IMG/VR virus record: IMGVR_UViG_3300032305_000289
Coordinates: 1-38,251 of that record
Strand: one strand, 5' to 3'
Source: a virus
Lineage: Duplodnaviria; Caudoviricetes
Length of the DNA stretch: 38,251 nucleotides
This document shows positions 25,540 to 33,802 of this stretch, piece after piece. Numbering within the stretch: position 1 is the first letter of the stretch; each line of letters opens with the position of its first letter. The position numbers were made by a program, and so were the translations under genes. Below the pieces are notes generated by a model. The model worked only from the letters and a program-made list of their open reading frames with translations, searched no databases and was not told where the DNA came from.

Positions 25540-25922
25540 TTCTGGGACTCCTTCCATTCCTCAAATACTTCCTCCGCGTTCTCGTTATACCATTCTTGGA
25601 CTTTTTCCATTATGAAAAAGTAAATGGCAGACATCCCATCGTTCTCCATAGGGTTGTCACCCACTCCAGCATTCTCGTAAGCTTCTTCCAACTCTGAGCC
25701 GTGGAGATACCAAGCCGTCTTGATTTCGTGCGTATATACTGGAACGGATGAATCCACGATGGAGTGAATCGCCCCGCTGTAATCCAAGTCGTTGTTAAGG
25801 CAGGGCAAGGAATCCGTTTCTGGATTCTCTTTCAAGTGGTTTTGCAGTTCTGACTTTACATCTTCAATGGCAGACTCCACCCGATTGTCTAGTGTGTCAT
25901 CAATTTCTATCGTTCTTTTCAT
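25536..25922 (-). CDS. ocr: Ocr-like DNA-mimic anti-restriction protein (T7 gp0.3-like)
   Basis: 128 aa, highly acidic; LKEN...AIHSIVDSSVPVY..EI...YENAG...AIY...ENAEEVFEEW aligns by eye with T7 Ocr LKEN...AIHMAADNAVPHY..DI...FEDSG...RIY...EDAEDLLNEY. Confidence 0.75.
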   Translation of the reverse strand: MKRTIEIDDTLDNRVESAIEDVKSELQNHLKENPETDSLPCLNNDLDYSGAIHSIVDSSVPVYTHEIKTAWYLHGSELEEAYENAGVGDNPMENDGMSAIYFFIMEKVQEWYNENAEEVFEEWKESQK

Positions 25923-25968
25923 AGTGTGTTGCTTCCTTTCGTCTTGGTTTCTTTTGTTCCCAGCCTAT

Positions 25969-26015
25969 CGGCCAGACCGAAACGCACCTTGTGGGATGCG
26001 TTCGGGGTCTGCTCG
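25969..26015 (-). other. Long intergenic hairpin upstream of Ocr-like gene
   Basis: CAGACC/GGTCTG and AACGCA/TGCGTT stems with internal loop, immediately after TAA at 26017. Confidence 0.6.
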
Positions 26016-26016
26016 C

Positions 26017-26421
26017 TTAGGGTTTTAACGCTTTGTAATTATCTCCGAATATATTGACCAACTCTTGGTGCGTTAGGTTGTAATGCTCTAAGGGGTCAAC
26101 CTCAAACCTTCCGCAATCGGTTTGAAAGGGATTGGTGACAAAGATTCCCCTATGTTCAAACCCGCAAACTTGCGAGCAATGTCCGTCTAAAGAATACAAG
26201 CCGAACTCGTCTGGCTCTGTATCGGCTGAATCCTCCAAGAGGTCATCTCCGAACTCTATTGCCATAGCCCGAACCTTTTTAAAGTTCTCCTCGTCAACTC
26301 GAACGCAATCCCAGCCGTTCCAAGTTTCACAAGCAGAATATCCAATAAAGAACCTCGGCTCATCATATCGGAATATAACTTTATTATCTCCACAATCGTC
26401 TGGTGTTTTGATTTTGTTCAT
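26017..26421 (-). CDS. Early acidic hypothetical protein
   Basis: 134 aa; conserved CCAAAGAAAG...ACACA leader. Confidence 0.7.
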   Translation of the reverse strand: MNKIKTPDDCGDNKVIFRYDEPRFFIGYSACETWNGWDCVRVDEENFKKVRAMAIEFGDDLLEDSADTEPDEFGLYSLDGHCSQVCGFEHRGIFVTNPFQTDCGRFEVDPLEHYNLTHQELVNIFGDNYKALKP

Positions 26422-26442
26422 TTGTGTTTTTCTTTCTTTGGT

Positions 26443-26652
26443 TTATTTCGCAACGCTTGAGATAAACTCGCCAGCTTCTTCCTTCGTCTCAAACTGATGG
26501 AGTTCGGAGTTCCAAGGATCAACCTTTAGTAAAACAATGTAAGGCTTTTCAACTTTCATCAGCTTCCCAACAACTCCATCTGGCTTCAGCGTGAAGTCAA
26601 TTAAGTCTCTGGTTTTGATTGTCGAGTCGTATCCATAGATATCTAGTTTCAT
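26443..26652 (-). CDS. Early hypothetical protein
   Basis: 69 aa; CCAAAGAAAGGAAACACA leader. Confidence 0.7.
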   Translation of the reverse strand: MKLDIYGYDSTIKTRDLIDFTLKPDGVVGKLMKVEKPYIVLLKVDPWNSELHQFETKEEAGEFISSVAK

Positions 26653-26679
26653 ATTTGTGTTTCCTTTCTTTGGTTTGGG

Positions 26680-26997
26680 TTAGATTGCACCGATTGACTT
26701 GTAATACTTTGCCGAAAGGTTTTGAGAAACCATCTCGCAAAGTGCCTCGCAAGTCTCTGCCTCGTGATCGTCCGAATCAATGCGATTCGCAGTCGAGGCA
26801 ATCTCGTGAAGAAGATCTCCGAGATTGGAGAGCGTTTCAATCGTAACGATTCCTTCCCGCAACTTTTCAAGAATGCTTGCGGTTGTGTCTAGATCGTCAC
26901 GCTCGCAACGAGTGGCAAAACCTTCAGAGATTTCGAGGGAATCAAATCGCAGAGCTTTAGCCGTCTGCTTTTCGGCTGTTGGTTGTGTGTTTTTCAT
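26680..26997 (-). CDS. Early acidic hypothetical protein
   Basis: 105 aa; CCAAAGAAAGAAAATACACACT leader. Confidence 0.7.
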   Translation of the reverse strand: MKNTQPTAEKQTAKALRFDSLEISEGFATRCERDDLDTTASILEKLREGIVTIETLSNLGDLLHEIASTANRIDSDDHEAETCEALCEMVSQNLSAKYYKSIGAI

Positions 26998-27026
26998 AGT
27001 GTGTATTTTCTTTCTTTGGTTGGTGG

Positions 27027-27329
27027 TTATTTTCTGGAGTTTCTTTTCGCTACATAGAAAAGATATCTTTGTGCGTGCTCATTCATATACTCAACCAGAT
27101 CCTCAATCTCTCTTCCTCCGCCAGTAAGATATGTTCCCTTATACCACGCTGACCAAGCAAGCTTAGGTTGGCCTTGAGAGCCAATTTTACCATCTAAACT
27201 AAAACCAATAAACTCTGATTTTCTAAATTTAACTCCAAGATTTTCCCAAGCTTTTGCATTGCGTTGAATTTTGCGAGTGGCTTTAACCGCACTCACCTCG
27301 GTGTTTTCTGCTGTGTGTTTTGTTTTCAT
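27027..27329 (-). CDS. First early-operon hypothetical protein
   Basis: 100 aa; starts 6 nt after the -10 of a near-consensus promoter. Confidence 0.7.
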   Translation of the reverse strand: MKTKHTAENTEVSAVKATRKIQRNAKAWENLGVKFRKSEFIGFSLDGKIGSQGQPKLAWSAWYKGTYLTGGGREIEDLVEYMNEHAQRYLFYVAKRNSRK

Positions 27330-27335
27330 AAACTC

Positions 27336-27364
27336 AATCTACTTAACCCGCCTAAGTATGTCAA
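27336..27364 (-). promoter_or_regulatory. Sigma70-type early promoter (leaderless)
   Basis: TTGACA-17-TAGATT-6 nt-ATG; A/T-rich upstream; ACTTA-N7-TAAGT palindrome over the spacer. Confidence 0.75.
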
Positions 27365-27401
27365 CACTTTATTTTGATTTATTTTCGGGTATAGTGAATG
27401 A

Positions 27402-28046
27402 GTGGAGCAAATAGAAGAAAGCAAAGTTGGCCGCAAAACTTCACTAACCCCAGAGATTCAAGAAAAACTCTTAGGATATATCCGCAAGGGTTTGACCTAT
27501 GAACGAGCAGGAGAAGCCTTGGGAATATCACCAGCCACCATCCAGAACTGGCAAGCAAGAAACAAGCAATTCGACAATGCTTTAAAAAAAGCAAGGCGTG
27601 ACCTAGAGGTATCCTTGCTCGATTCCATCAACCTTGCGGGGGAGAAGAGTTGGCAAGCCAAGGCGTGGATGGCTGAGCGAATCTTTCAATATGCTCAACC
27701 CAGTGCCCGTCTGGCAGTTACGCAAGAACACACGCATGGAATATCCTCGAACTTGGCATCGCTGTTGGCGGGGATTGCGGTGAAGAAGAAGGAGAAGAAA
27801 GCGGAAGTCATTGATCTGCCCATACTTACAAAACCCCAAACGCAACTCCATTCAACACCAACGACTTCCACTCATAAGTCGCCAATTGAATATTGTATTA
27901 ATAAACTGCCCTTGATAAACAACGACTTACAGAAAACATCTATTAATATTCCTAGGGTCAAACACAAGCGAATGAGACTAAGGAAGCCAAGGCAATCCAG
28001 CCAAGCCACCACCACACCACCCGCCACGCCCCCAGCCCCCGTCTGA
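27402..28046 (+). CDS. terS: Terminase small subunit
   Basis: GRKTSLTPE...G..YERA....GISPATIQNW HTH; SWQAKAWMAER; directly upstream of terL; TATAGT-6 nt-GTG start. Confidence 0.8.
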   Translation: MEQIEESKVGRKTSLTPEIQEKLLGYIRKGLTYERAGEALGISPATIQNWQARNKQFDNALKKARRDLEVSLLDSINLAGEKSWQAKAWMAERIFQYAQPSARLAVTQEHTHGISSNLASLLAGIAVKKKEKKAEVIDLPILTKPQTQLHSTPTTSTHKSPIEYCINKLPLINNDLQKTSINIPRVKHKRMRLRKPRQSSQATTTPPATPPAPV

Positions 28047-28107
28047 TACACATAACCCCCCCTAAATTATTGTGGCTCAAAACAAAAAGAGGTTCTAGCA
28101 CACCACT

Positions 28108-29532
28108 ATGCCAAAACCCCCCAAGCGTAGCCAAGAAGAGGCGTTAGAAGACCTTGGTAAACCAGCCAATTTCGCATCTAACGCATTGGGCATCAATCTC
28201 TATGACTGGCAACGGAAGGTACTGCGCGATTTAGAGCCAAGAGACTGTCGCGTAGCTCTGCGTGCAGCTAACGGCTCGGGCAAGACCAGTACAGTTATTT
28301 CGTCTATTTTGATATGGCACGCCCTCGTTTACCCCCGCTCAATTGCTGTCACAACCGCTGGCGTGTACCGACAAGTTGAAAGTCAGTTGTGGCCTAGCCT
28401 ACGCCATCACATTTCTAAACTCGGTGGGGCATGGGAAGTGACATCTGGCGAGATCCGCTACCTCCACCCCAACGGCAATACGAGTCGCATTATCGGCTAT
28501 TCAGCGACTGATGCGGGTCGCGCAGAAGGCTGGCACGCCGAGGATCACGACAACCATCCTCTGCTCATGGTAGTGGACGAAGCCAAGACTGTAGCCGACC
28601 CTCTATTCGAGGCTATCAGCCGTTGCCAACCAACCAGACTGTTGATCGCATCCAGCCCAGGCGGGTCTAGCGGCGCGTTTTACCGCGCCTTCACCAAGGA
28701 GGCTGATATGTGGAAGAAGCACGCTGTCACAGCGTTTGACTGCCCCCACATCACACAGGTACAGATTGATGAGGTTATCCAACGTTACGGCGAGAAGCAC
28801 CCGCTAACCCGCTCTATGATCTACGGCGAGTTCGTTGACATAGGTTCCGAGAGCCTTGTCATTAGCCTAAACCAACTTCAGCATTGCTTAACCACTCCAC
28901 CTAGATTCAAACCTGGCACTAGGGTAGCAGGCGTGGACTTTGCAGCAGGCGGGGATTGCAACGTGCTGGCAATAAGAGATGGCAATAAGGTTCTGCCATT
29001 CCTAGCTTGGCGTGATCGTGACACGATGGCAGCGGTTGGTAGATTCATCGTAGAGTTTAAGAAGGCTGGGCTAGAGGCTAACAACATATTTGCCGATGCG
29101 AGTGGGTTGGGTATGCCTATGTGCGATGCGCTGGCTGAGGCAGGCTGGGAGGTTAACCGAGTCAACTTTGGTTCTACTGCCTACGATGCGGATGCCTATA
29201 CCAATCGGTCTGCTGAGATGTGGTACGGCATGGCAAAGAAGATTGATGGGGCTGAGATCATCTTGCCAGAAGACGATGACCTAACTGCACAGCTAACTTG
29301 CAGGAAAAGCTTGGTTAACTCTAAAGGCAAGCTAGGCGTGGAATCTAAAGATTCGATGCGTGCCAGAGGTCTTGCCTCGCCCGACAAGGCTGATGCACTT
29401 GCTTTATGCTTGGATGGTGGCAACATGAGGTTCGACTTGACCTTTCAGATCGAAAGGCCAACTTGGAAATCACTTCAAGCTATGATGGCGTTTCACGACC
29501 CTGTCATGGCTGGGTTTGAAGCAGGAGGATAA
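28108..29532 (+). CDS. terL: Terminase large subunit
   Basis: LYDWQ, AANGSGKT (Walker A), MVVDEA (Walker B), YGEF, GVDFAAGGD, SPDKADAL nuclease motifs. Confidence 0.95.
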   Translation: MPKPPKRSQEEALEDLGKPANFASNALGINLYDWQRKVLRDLEPRDCRVALRAANGSGKTSTVISSILIWHALVYPRSIAVTTAGVYRQVESQLWPSLRHHISKLGGAWEVTSGEIRYLHPNGNTSRIIGYSATDAGRAEGWHAEDHDNHPLLMVVDEAKTVADPLFEAISRCQPTRLLIASSPGGSSGAFYRAFTKEADMWKKHAVTAFDCPHITQVQIDEVIQRYGEKHPLTRSMIYGEFVDIGSESLVISLNQLQHCLTTPPRFKPGTRVAGVDFAAGGDCNVLAIRDGNKVLPFLAWRDRDTMAAVGRFIVEFKKAGLEANNIFADASGLGMPMCDALAEAGWEVNRVNFGSTAYDADAYTNRSAEMWYGMAKKIDGAEIILPEDDDLTAQLTCRKSLVNSKGKLGVESKDSMRARGLASPDKADALALCLDGGNMRFDLTFQIERPTWKSLQAMMAFHDPVMAGFEAGG

Positions 29533-29537
29533 AACTA

Positions 29538-29708
29538 ATGAATATATGGAACTGGATCACATCGAATTGGACAGAAGTGGTTGCCGCCGCTGGTGGCATT
29601 GTGCTCGTTGCGCGAATCATTGTTAAGCTCACTCCCACTCCAGCGGATGACTCGATCTTGGAAAAGGTCGTTGCATTCCTGAAGACTGTCGGGTTAAACA
29701 TCAAATAA
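29538..29708 (+). CDS. Putative holin (not in ORF track)
   Basis: AGGAGG RBS; MNIWNWITSNWTEVVAAAGGIVLVARIIVKLTPTPADDSILEKVVAFLKTVGLNIK*; one TM segment. Confidence 0.65.
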   Translation: MNIWNWITSNWTEVVAAAGGIVLVARIIVKLTPTPADDSILEKVVAFLKTVGLNIK

Positions 29709-29714
29709 ATTTAA

Positions 29715-29903
29715 GTGATCGGTGCGATACTACAAATCATCGCATCAGTCCTTCGCCTCATACCAGGTTGGTATGAGAAGCGTGTTGACAAGAACGCTAC
29801 CGAGTGGAAGAACAATCGCGAAGCTATTGATCGTGAACTTGGCTCTGTTGCTTGGTGGGTGCGCGACAACAAGTCCGATAACGAACACGACAGGGGCAGT
29901 TGA
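29715..29903 (+). CDS. Putative i-spanin-like membrane protein
   Basis: N-terminal hydrophobic segment; overlapped by lipoprotein gene. Confidence 0.5.
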   Translation: MIGAILQIIASVLRLIPGWYEKRVDKNATEWKNNREAIDRELGSVAWWVRDNKSDNEHDRGS

Positions 29904-30033
29904 GTCGTTAATGAAAGACGATAACTACCCTGCGGTTCGCAGTGCCTCTCCAGCCATTCGAGCTTGGTCAAAGAAGGCACTTGACTATGTTAACGATCTT
30001 TCTTATGAACTTCAAAGGGAGCGCAACAAATGA
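29773..30033 (+). CDS. Putative o-spanin-like lipoprotein
   Basis: LLIVNLALLLGG-C lipobox; +1 overlap with previous gene (Rz/Rz1-like); start uncertain. Confidence 0.6.
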   Translation: MRSVLTRTLPSGRTIAKLLIVNLALLLGGCATTSPITNTTGAVESLMKDDNYPAVRSASPAIRAWSKKALDYVNDLSYELQRERNK

Positions 30034-31910
30034 ACGCTAAAGATACACGCAGGAATGATTATTACACACGGATTATTGACTCGCTCAACCAGCGTGAGAC
30101 TTGGGAGAATCGCCAACGGCTGTTCTACCAAGCTCGCTATTTTGGTGTTAGGCGCAAGATTAAGCCTTGGCCGACAGCAGCAGACCTACACGTTCAGTTA
30201 ATTGACTCTGCTATCGAGAGGTTAAAACCTTCCTTCGTCAATAGCGCAATTGGTAACGACATCCTTTCCAGCTTCGTTCCTATGCGCCAGCAGTTGGCTC
30301 CGCTGACAGTATCAGCCGAGCGTTGGTTTGATTACCAGATGCGTGAGCGTACCAACTTCCAGAAGGAGATTGTTTCCGTCATCGACAACATCCTGCTCTA
30401 CGGGCGTGGAGTAGCTAAAGTTATCTGGAACGAGGACAAGAAGCGTATTGACTTCGAGGCAATTGACCCCTTCCACATCATCGTTCCTTCCTACACAAAG
30501 GAGTTTAAAGATGCTGATTTCATTGTTCACATCATCTCAACAAGTGTCGATTCCTATAAGGCGAATCCCTTGTACAAGCAGGGAGACGAGTTCGTTAAAA
30601 TCATTTCGGGTAAACCCTCGAAATCAGTGGGCTTACGAAGTGAGATTCAGGACGAGATTTACAGGCGCGAAGGAATTACTCAAGAAGCTGATAACGATCG
30701 TATTGTCCTTTGGGAAATGTACACGCCCTCAGAAGATGGATGGAAGGTCGAAACCTTCAGTCCTTTGGTTATAGAAGATGACATTCGCAAACCCTTTACG
30801 CTACCTTACCGACATGGTGAACCACCTTTCGTAGATTTCCCCTATGAGGTCACAGGGGGCGGTTGGTATAGCCCTCGCGGAGTTGCAGAGATCCTCCTCC
30901 CTAGCGAGAATCTGTTATGTAAGCTGAAGAATTCGCTCTCAGATTACGTTGAGCTTGCCAACCGACCCGTCTTTGAAGCACAGAATCCTATCTCGCTCAA
31001 TACAGCGAATCTAAAAATGCAGCCTGGCCAGATCCTGCCACAAGGATTAAAGCCAGTTCAATTTAGCCAACCTCCATTTGACTTCCAGAAGTTGATGCTT
31101 GATGAGCGTCAACTTGCTGAACAGCGTATGGGCAACCCAGACTTTGGCGCAGGCTCGCAGTATAACGCTGGTGACAGGAAGACTGCTACCGAGATTCAGG
31201 CGTTGCAGTCGCAGTCAGCCGCCTCTGGCGATCTTCGCAATCGTATGTTTAGGATGGGTCTATCCCACCTATTTAAACAATCTTGGTCACTCTACACGCA
31301 GTACAACAAGAAAGACTTGATGTATCGGTATGCGGAAGAGACAGGTTCAATGCCACCAGACGGCATCCATGATGAGTATTCGATTGAACCAAAGGGCGGA
31401 TTAGACTTTATTAACCGCCAGTTTGCCTTGCAGAAGTCAGTATCGCGGATGCAGATGTTCCAAAACAATCCTTTCATCAACCAGGGAGAACTGGTTAAAT
31501 CAGTCCTTGAACAAGACGATCCATCGCTGGTCCGTAGGCTCTACCAAGATCCTAACGCTGCCTCTGGGGATCAAGCTGAAGATCAAGCGACTGAAATTGC
31601 GACCATGCTCACCACAGGCTTCCCTGTCGCTATCAAGCCTAGCGATGATCACAAGGCGCATATATCCGTTCTCTTTGCGTTTAACCAAGCTGCTCAACAG
31701 CGGCAACAGCAGGTCGATCAGAGCGCAATGCAAGTTCTGATGGCACACTTACAACAGCATTTAGCAGCGTTGGAGAAGATTGATCCCAACACATCCCGCG
31801 CAATTCAAAAACAGCTTCGAGATGCAGGACAAGGCCAGATGCAACAACAGGGGCAACAATTGCCACCTGAAGCGATGCAAGGCCAAGCACCAGCACCGAT
31901 GCCTGCTTGA
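30030..31910 (+). CDS. Portal protein
   Basis: 626 aa after terL; YGRGVAKV, IDPF, YSPRGVAE, KTATEI; Gln-rich barrel-like tail (P22-type). Confidence 0.9.
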   Translation: MNAKDTRRNDYYTRIIDSLNQRETWENRQRLFYQARYFGVRRKIKPWPTAADLHVQLIDSAIERLKPSFVNSAIGNDILSSFVPMRQQLAPLTVSAERWFDYQMRERTNFQKEIVSVIDNILLYGRGVAKVIWNEDKKRIDFEAIDPFHIIVPSYTKEFKDADFIVHIISTSVDSYKANPLYKQGDEFVKIISGKPSKSVGLRSEIQDEIYRREGITQEADNDRIVLWEMYTPSEDGWKVETFSPLVIEDDIRKPFTLPYRHGEPPFVDFPYEVTGGGWYSPRGVAEILLPSENLLCKLKNSLSDYVELANRPVFEAQNPISLNTANLKMQPGQILPQGLKPVQFSQPPFDFQKLMLDERQLAEQRMGNPDFGAGSQYNAGDRKTATEIQALQSQSAASGDLRNRMFRMGLSHLFKQSWSLYTQYNKKDLMYRYAEETGSMPPDGIHDEYSIEPKGGLDFINRQFALQKSVSRMQMFQNNPFINQGELVKSVLEQDDPSLVRRLYQDPNAASGDQAEDQATEIATMLTTGFPVAIKPSDDHKAHISVLFAFNQAAQQRQQQVDQSAMQVLMAHLQQHLAALEKIDPNTSRAIQKQLRDAGQGQMQQQGQQLPPEAMQGQAPAPMPA

Positions 31911-32437
31911 GAGTACCAGTAATGCGAGATGCCTTCCAAGCGGAAGGTTTAACAAAACTGTGTGAGTGGGCGAATGAGGCGGGTGCTAATAATAAGGCGG
32001 TTGAGATTGGGTCTTACAGCGGGGAAGGTACAGTGGTTATTGCTAAACATTTCAAGGAGGTTATGGCGGTTGATCCTTGGATGAATGGGTATGACATTAA
32101 CGATGTGGCAAGCCAGCAATGCCCGATGAAGTTTGTCTTTGAGGCTTTTAAAGAACGCACCGCTCCGCTTGGAAATGTTTTACACAGCAGAAGTAAAAGC
32201 CTAGATGCTTTGCAGTTCTTTAGAGATGACGAGCTAGACTTTATTTACATAGACGGAGATCATCGCTACGAAGGCGTGCTTGCAGACTTGAATGGATGGA
32301 AGCCCAAGCTTAGGGCTGGCGGGATAATGGCTGGGCATGATTGGAGCCTTAAGACTGTCCAAAAGGCTTTGGTTGAGGTATTTAAGGATAAGGAAGCAGT
32401 TATATTTCAAGGGGATTCATGGGGTATAAAGCTATGA
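31907..32437 (+). CDS. Class I SAM-dependent methyltransferase (Methyltransf_24-like)
   Basis: VEIGSYSGEGT, VDPW, DFIYIDGDHRYEGV, GGIMAGHD. Confidence 0.88.
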   Translation: MRVPVMRDAFQAEGLTKLCEWANEAGANNKAVEIGSYSGEGTVVIAKHFKEVMAVDPWMNGYDINDVASQQCPMKFVFEAFKERTAPLGNVLHSRSKSLDALQFFRDDELDFIYIDGDHRYEGVLADLNGWKPKLRAGGIMAGHDWSLKTVQKALVEVFKDKEAVIFQGDSWGIKL

Positions 32438-32751
32438 GAAAACTAAAAGCAGCACTGGCGTTCATGCGCGACCAAGAATGGATCAATGAACCTAAGTGGG
32501 AAGATGAGGATGAGAAGGCGTGGACAGGCTTTCTATCCACACTTACAGGCAAGAAGCTTAGTCTTATACTTTTGAACCTAACCCTACGCCAGAACGCATC
32601 AGCAGTAATGAAAAAGCATGATGTACTTGCAGATGCTTGTGGTTATGCTAAAGGATTTAGAGGGTGTGTTGCGACCTTAGAATCGCTCGCATCCCAAAAA
32701 CTTAACTCCGCCGTCCCAGGCTATGGGGATGGAGATTGGATGAGCCAGTAG
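32434..32751 (+). CDS. Hypothetical head-module protein
   Basis: ATGA coupling at 32434; lies between portal and scaffold. Confidence 0.65.
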   Translation: MRKLKAALAFMRDQEWINEPKWEDEDEKAWTGFLSTLTGKKLSLILLNLTLRQNASAVMKKHDVLADACGYAKGFRGCVATLESLASQKLNSAVPGYGDGDWMSQ

Positions 32752-32808
32752 CCAATTAACCTTTAGGTAGAATGACTCCCTACCGACAAGTGTAAAGAAA
32801 GGGTCAAA

Positions 32809-33774
32809 ATGGCCGATTCACCAGAAGTTACTGAACTGGATATGCTGAAACTAGCGGCGGCAGCCGATGCAGGATTGGAAACAATTCCGCAGGATGAGCC
32901 GATAGTAGAAGTAGAAACAGAGGTTGCTTCAAGCGGAGATACCGAGCAGGAACCCGCGCCTGCTGAAAGAGCCGAAACAAACAAACGTGGAGCCTCGGAT
33001 GAGGTTCCAGCCTCTAAGGAGAAATCCGAAGAAGCAAGTTCTTTAACAGATCAACCTTCAAAAATCAACTCGGAATCGGATTCCGAACAGAAAAAGCCTA
33101 GCCGATATGAGAAGGCAAAGAGCAGACTCGAAAAAGAGTGGGAAGATGTTAGAGAGGAAAAAGCAAGACTCAAGGCAGAGCGTGAATCAATCGAACAGGC
33201 GAAAGCCCAACGAGAGACTTCGCAATCTAGTTCTGAGGCGCAGAAAACTGGAAACCGCCGCTTTAGTGCGGAGGATTACAGGGAAGCGGCAAAAAGCTAT
33301 CGTGACGAAGGCCGTGATGATCTTGCAAAACTCGCAGAACAAAAGTCCACTGAAATCGAAGTCGAGGACAAGAAGGCGTTTGAGCAAAAGGTACATACTC
33401 AGTTAAAATCTGAGTGGGACAAAAACCTCATGGAAGAGGTTGATGCAAACCCAGACCTTAAAGACTCAAACACTCCATTGTACAAAGCCGTATCGGAAAT
33501 GTTGCAAAACCACGCCATCCTGCGTAATTACCCCGCTGGTATTAAGGATGCTGTTGGAATTGCAAGGGTTAAAATCAAAGCGGACTCCGCTTCCGAGTTG
33601 TCAAAGAAGGTTGCAGAGTATGAGTCAGAATTGGCTCAACTCAGAAAAGCGACTACACCTGGTTCTGGTCAACCCAAAGGTCCAGCCAAGACTAAAGCTT
33701 TTCACGAACTCTCGCTCGATGAGCAAGAACGTGAATTGATGAGAATGGCTGGCGAGGCTGACAGAAACGGATAG
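32809..33774 (+). CDS. Capsid scaffolding protein
   Basis: Acidic disordered N-terminus, coiled coil, directly upstream of MCP. Confidence 0.8.
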   Translation: MADSPEVTELDMLKLAAAADAGLETIPQDEPIVEVETEVASSGDTEQEPAPAERAETNKRGASDEVPASKEKSEEASSLTDQPSKINSESDSEQKKPSRYEKAKSRLEKEWEDVREEKARLKAERESIEQAKAQRETSQSSSEAQKTGNRRFSAEDYREAAKSYRDEGRDDLAKLAEQKSTEIEVEDKKAFEQKVHTQLKSEWDKNLMEEVDANPDLKDSNTPLYKAVSEMLQNHAILRNYPAGIKDAVGIARVKIKADSASELSKKVAEYESELAQLRKATTPGSGQPKGPAKTKAFHELSLDEQERELMRMAGEADRNG

Positions 33775-33802
33775 TCACAACCCAAAAAGGTAATTAAATT
33801 AT

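Noticed and set aside
24448-27127. + strand ORFs in the early region (24448, 24992, 25011, 25792, 26132, 26619, 26825)
   Set aside because: They overlap a coherent - strand operon supported by RBSs, coupling and a promoter.
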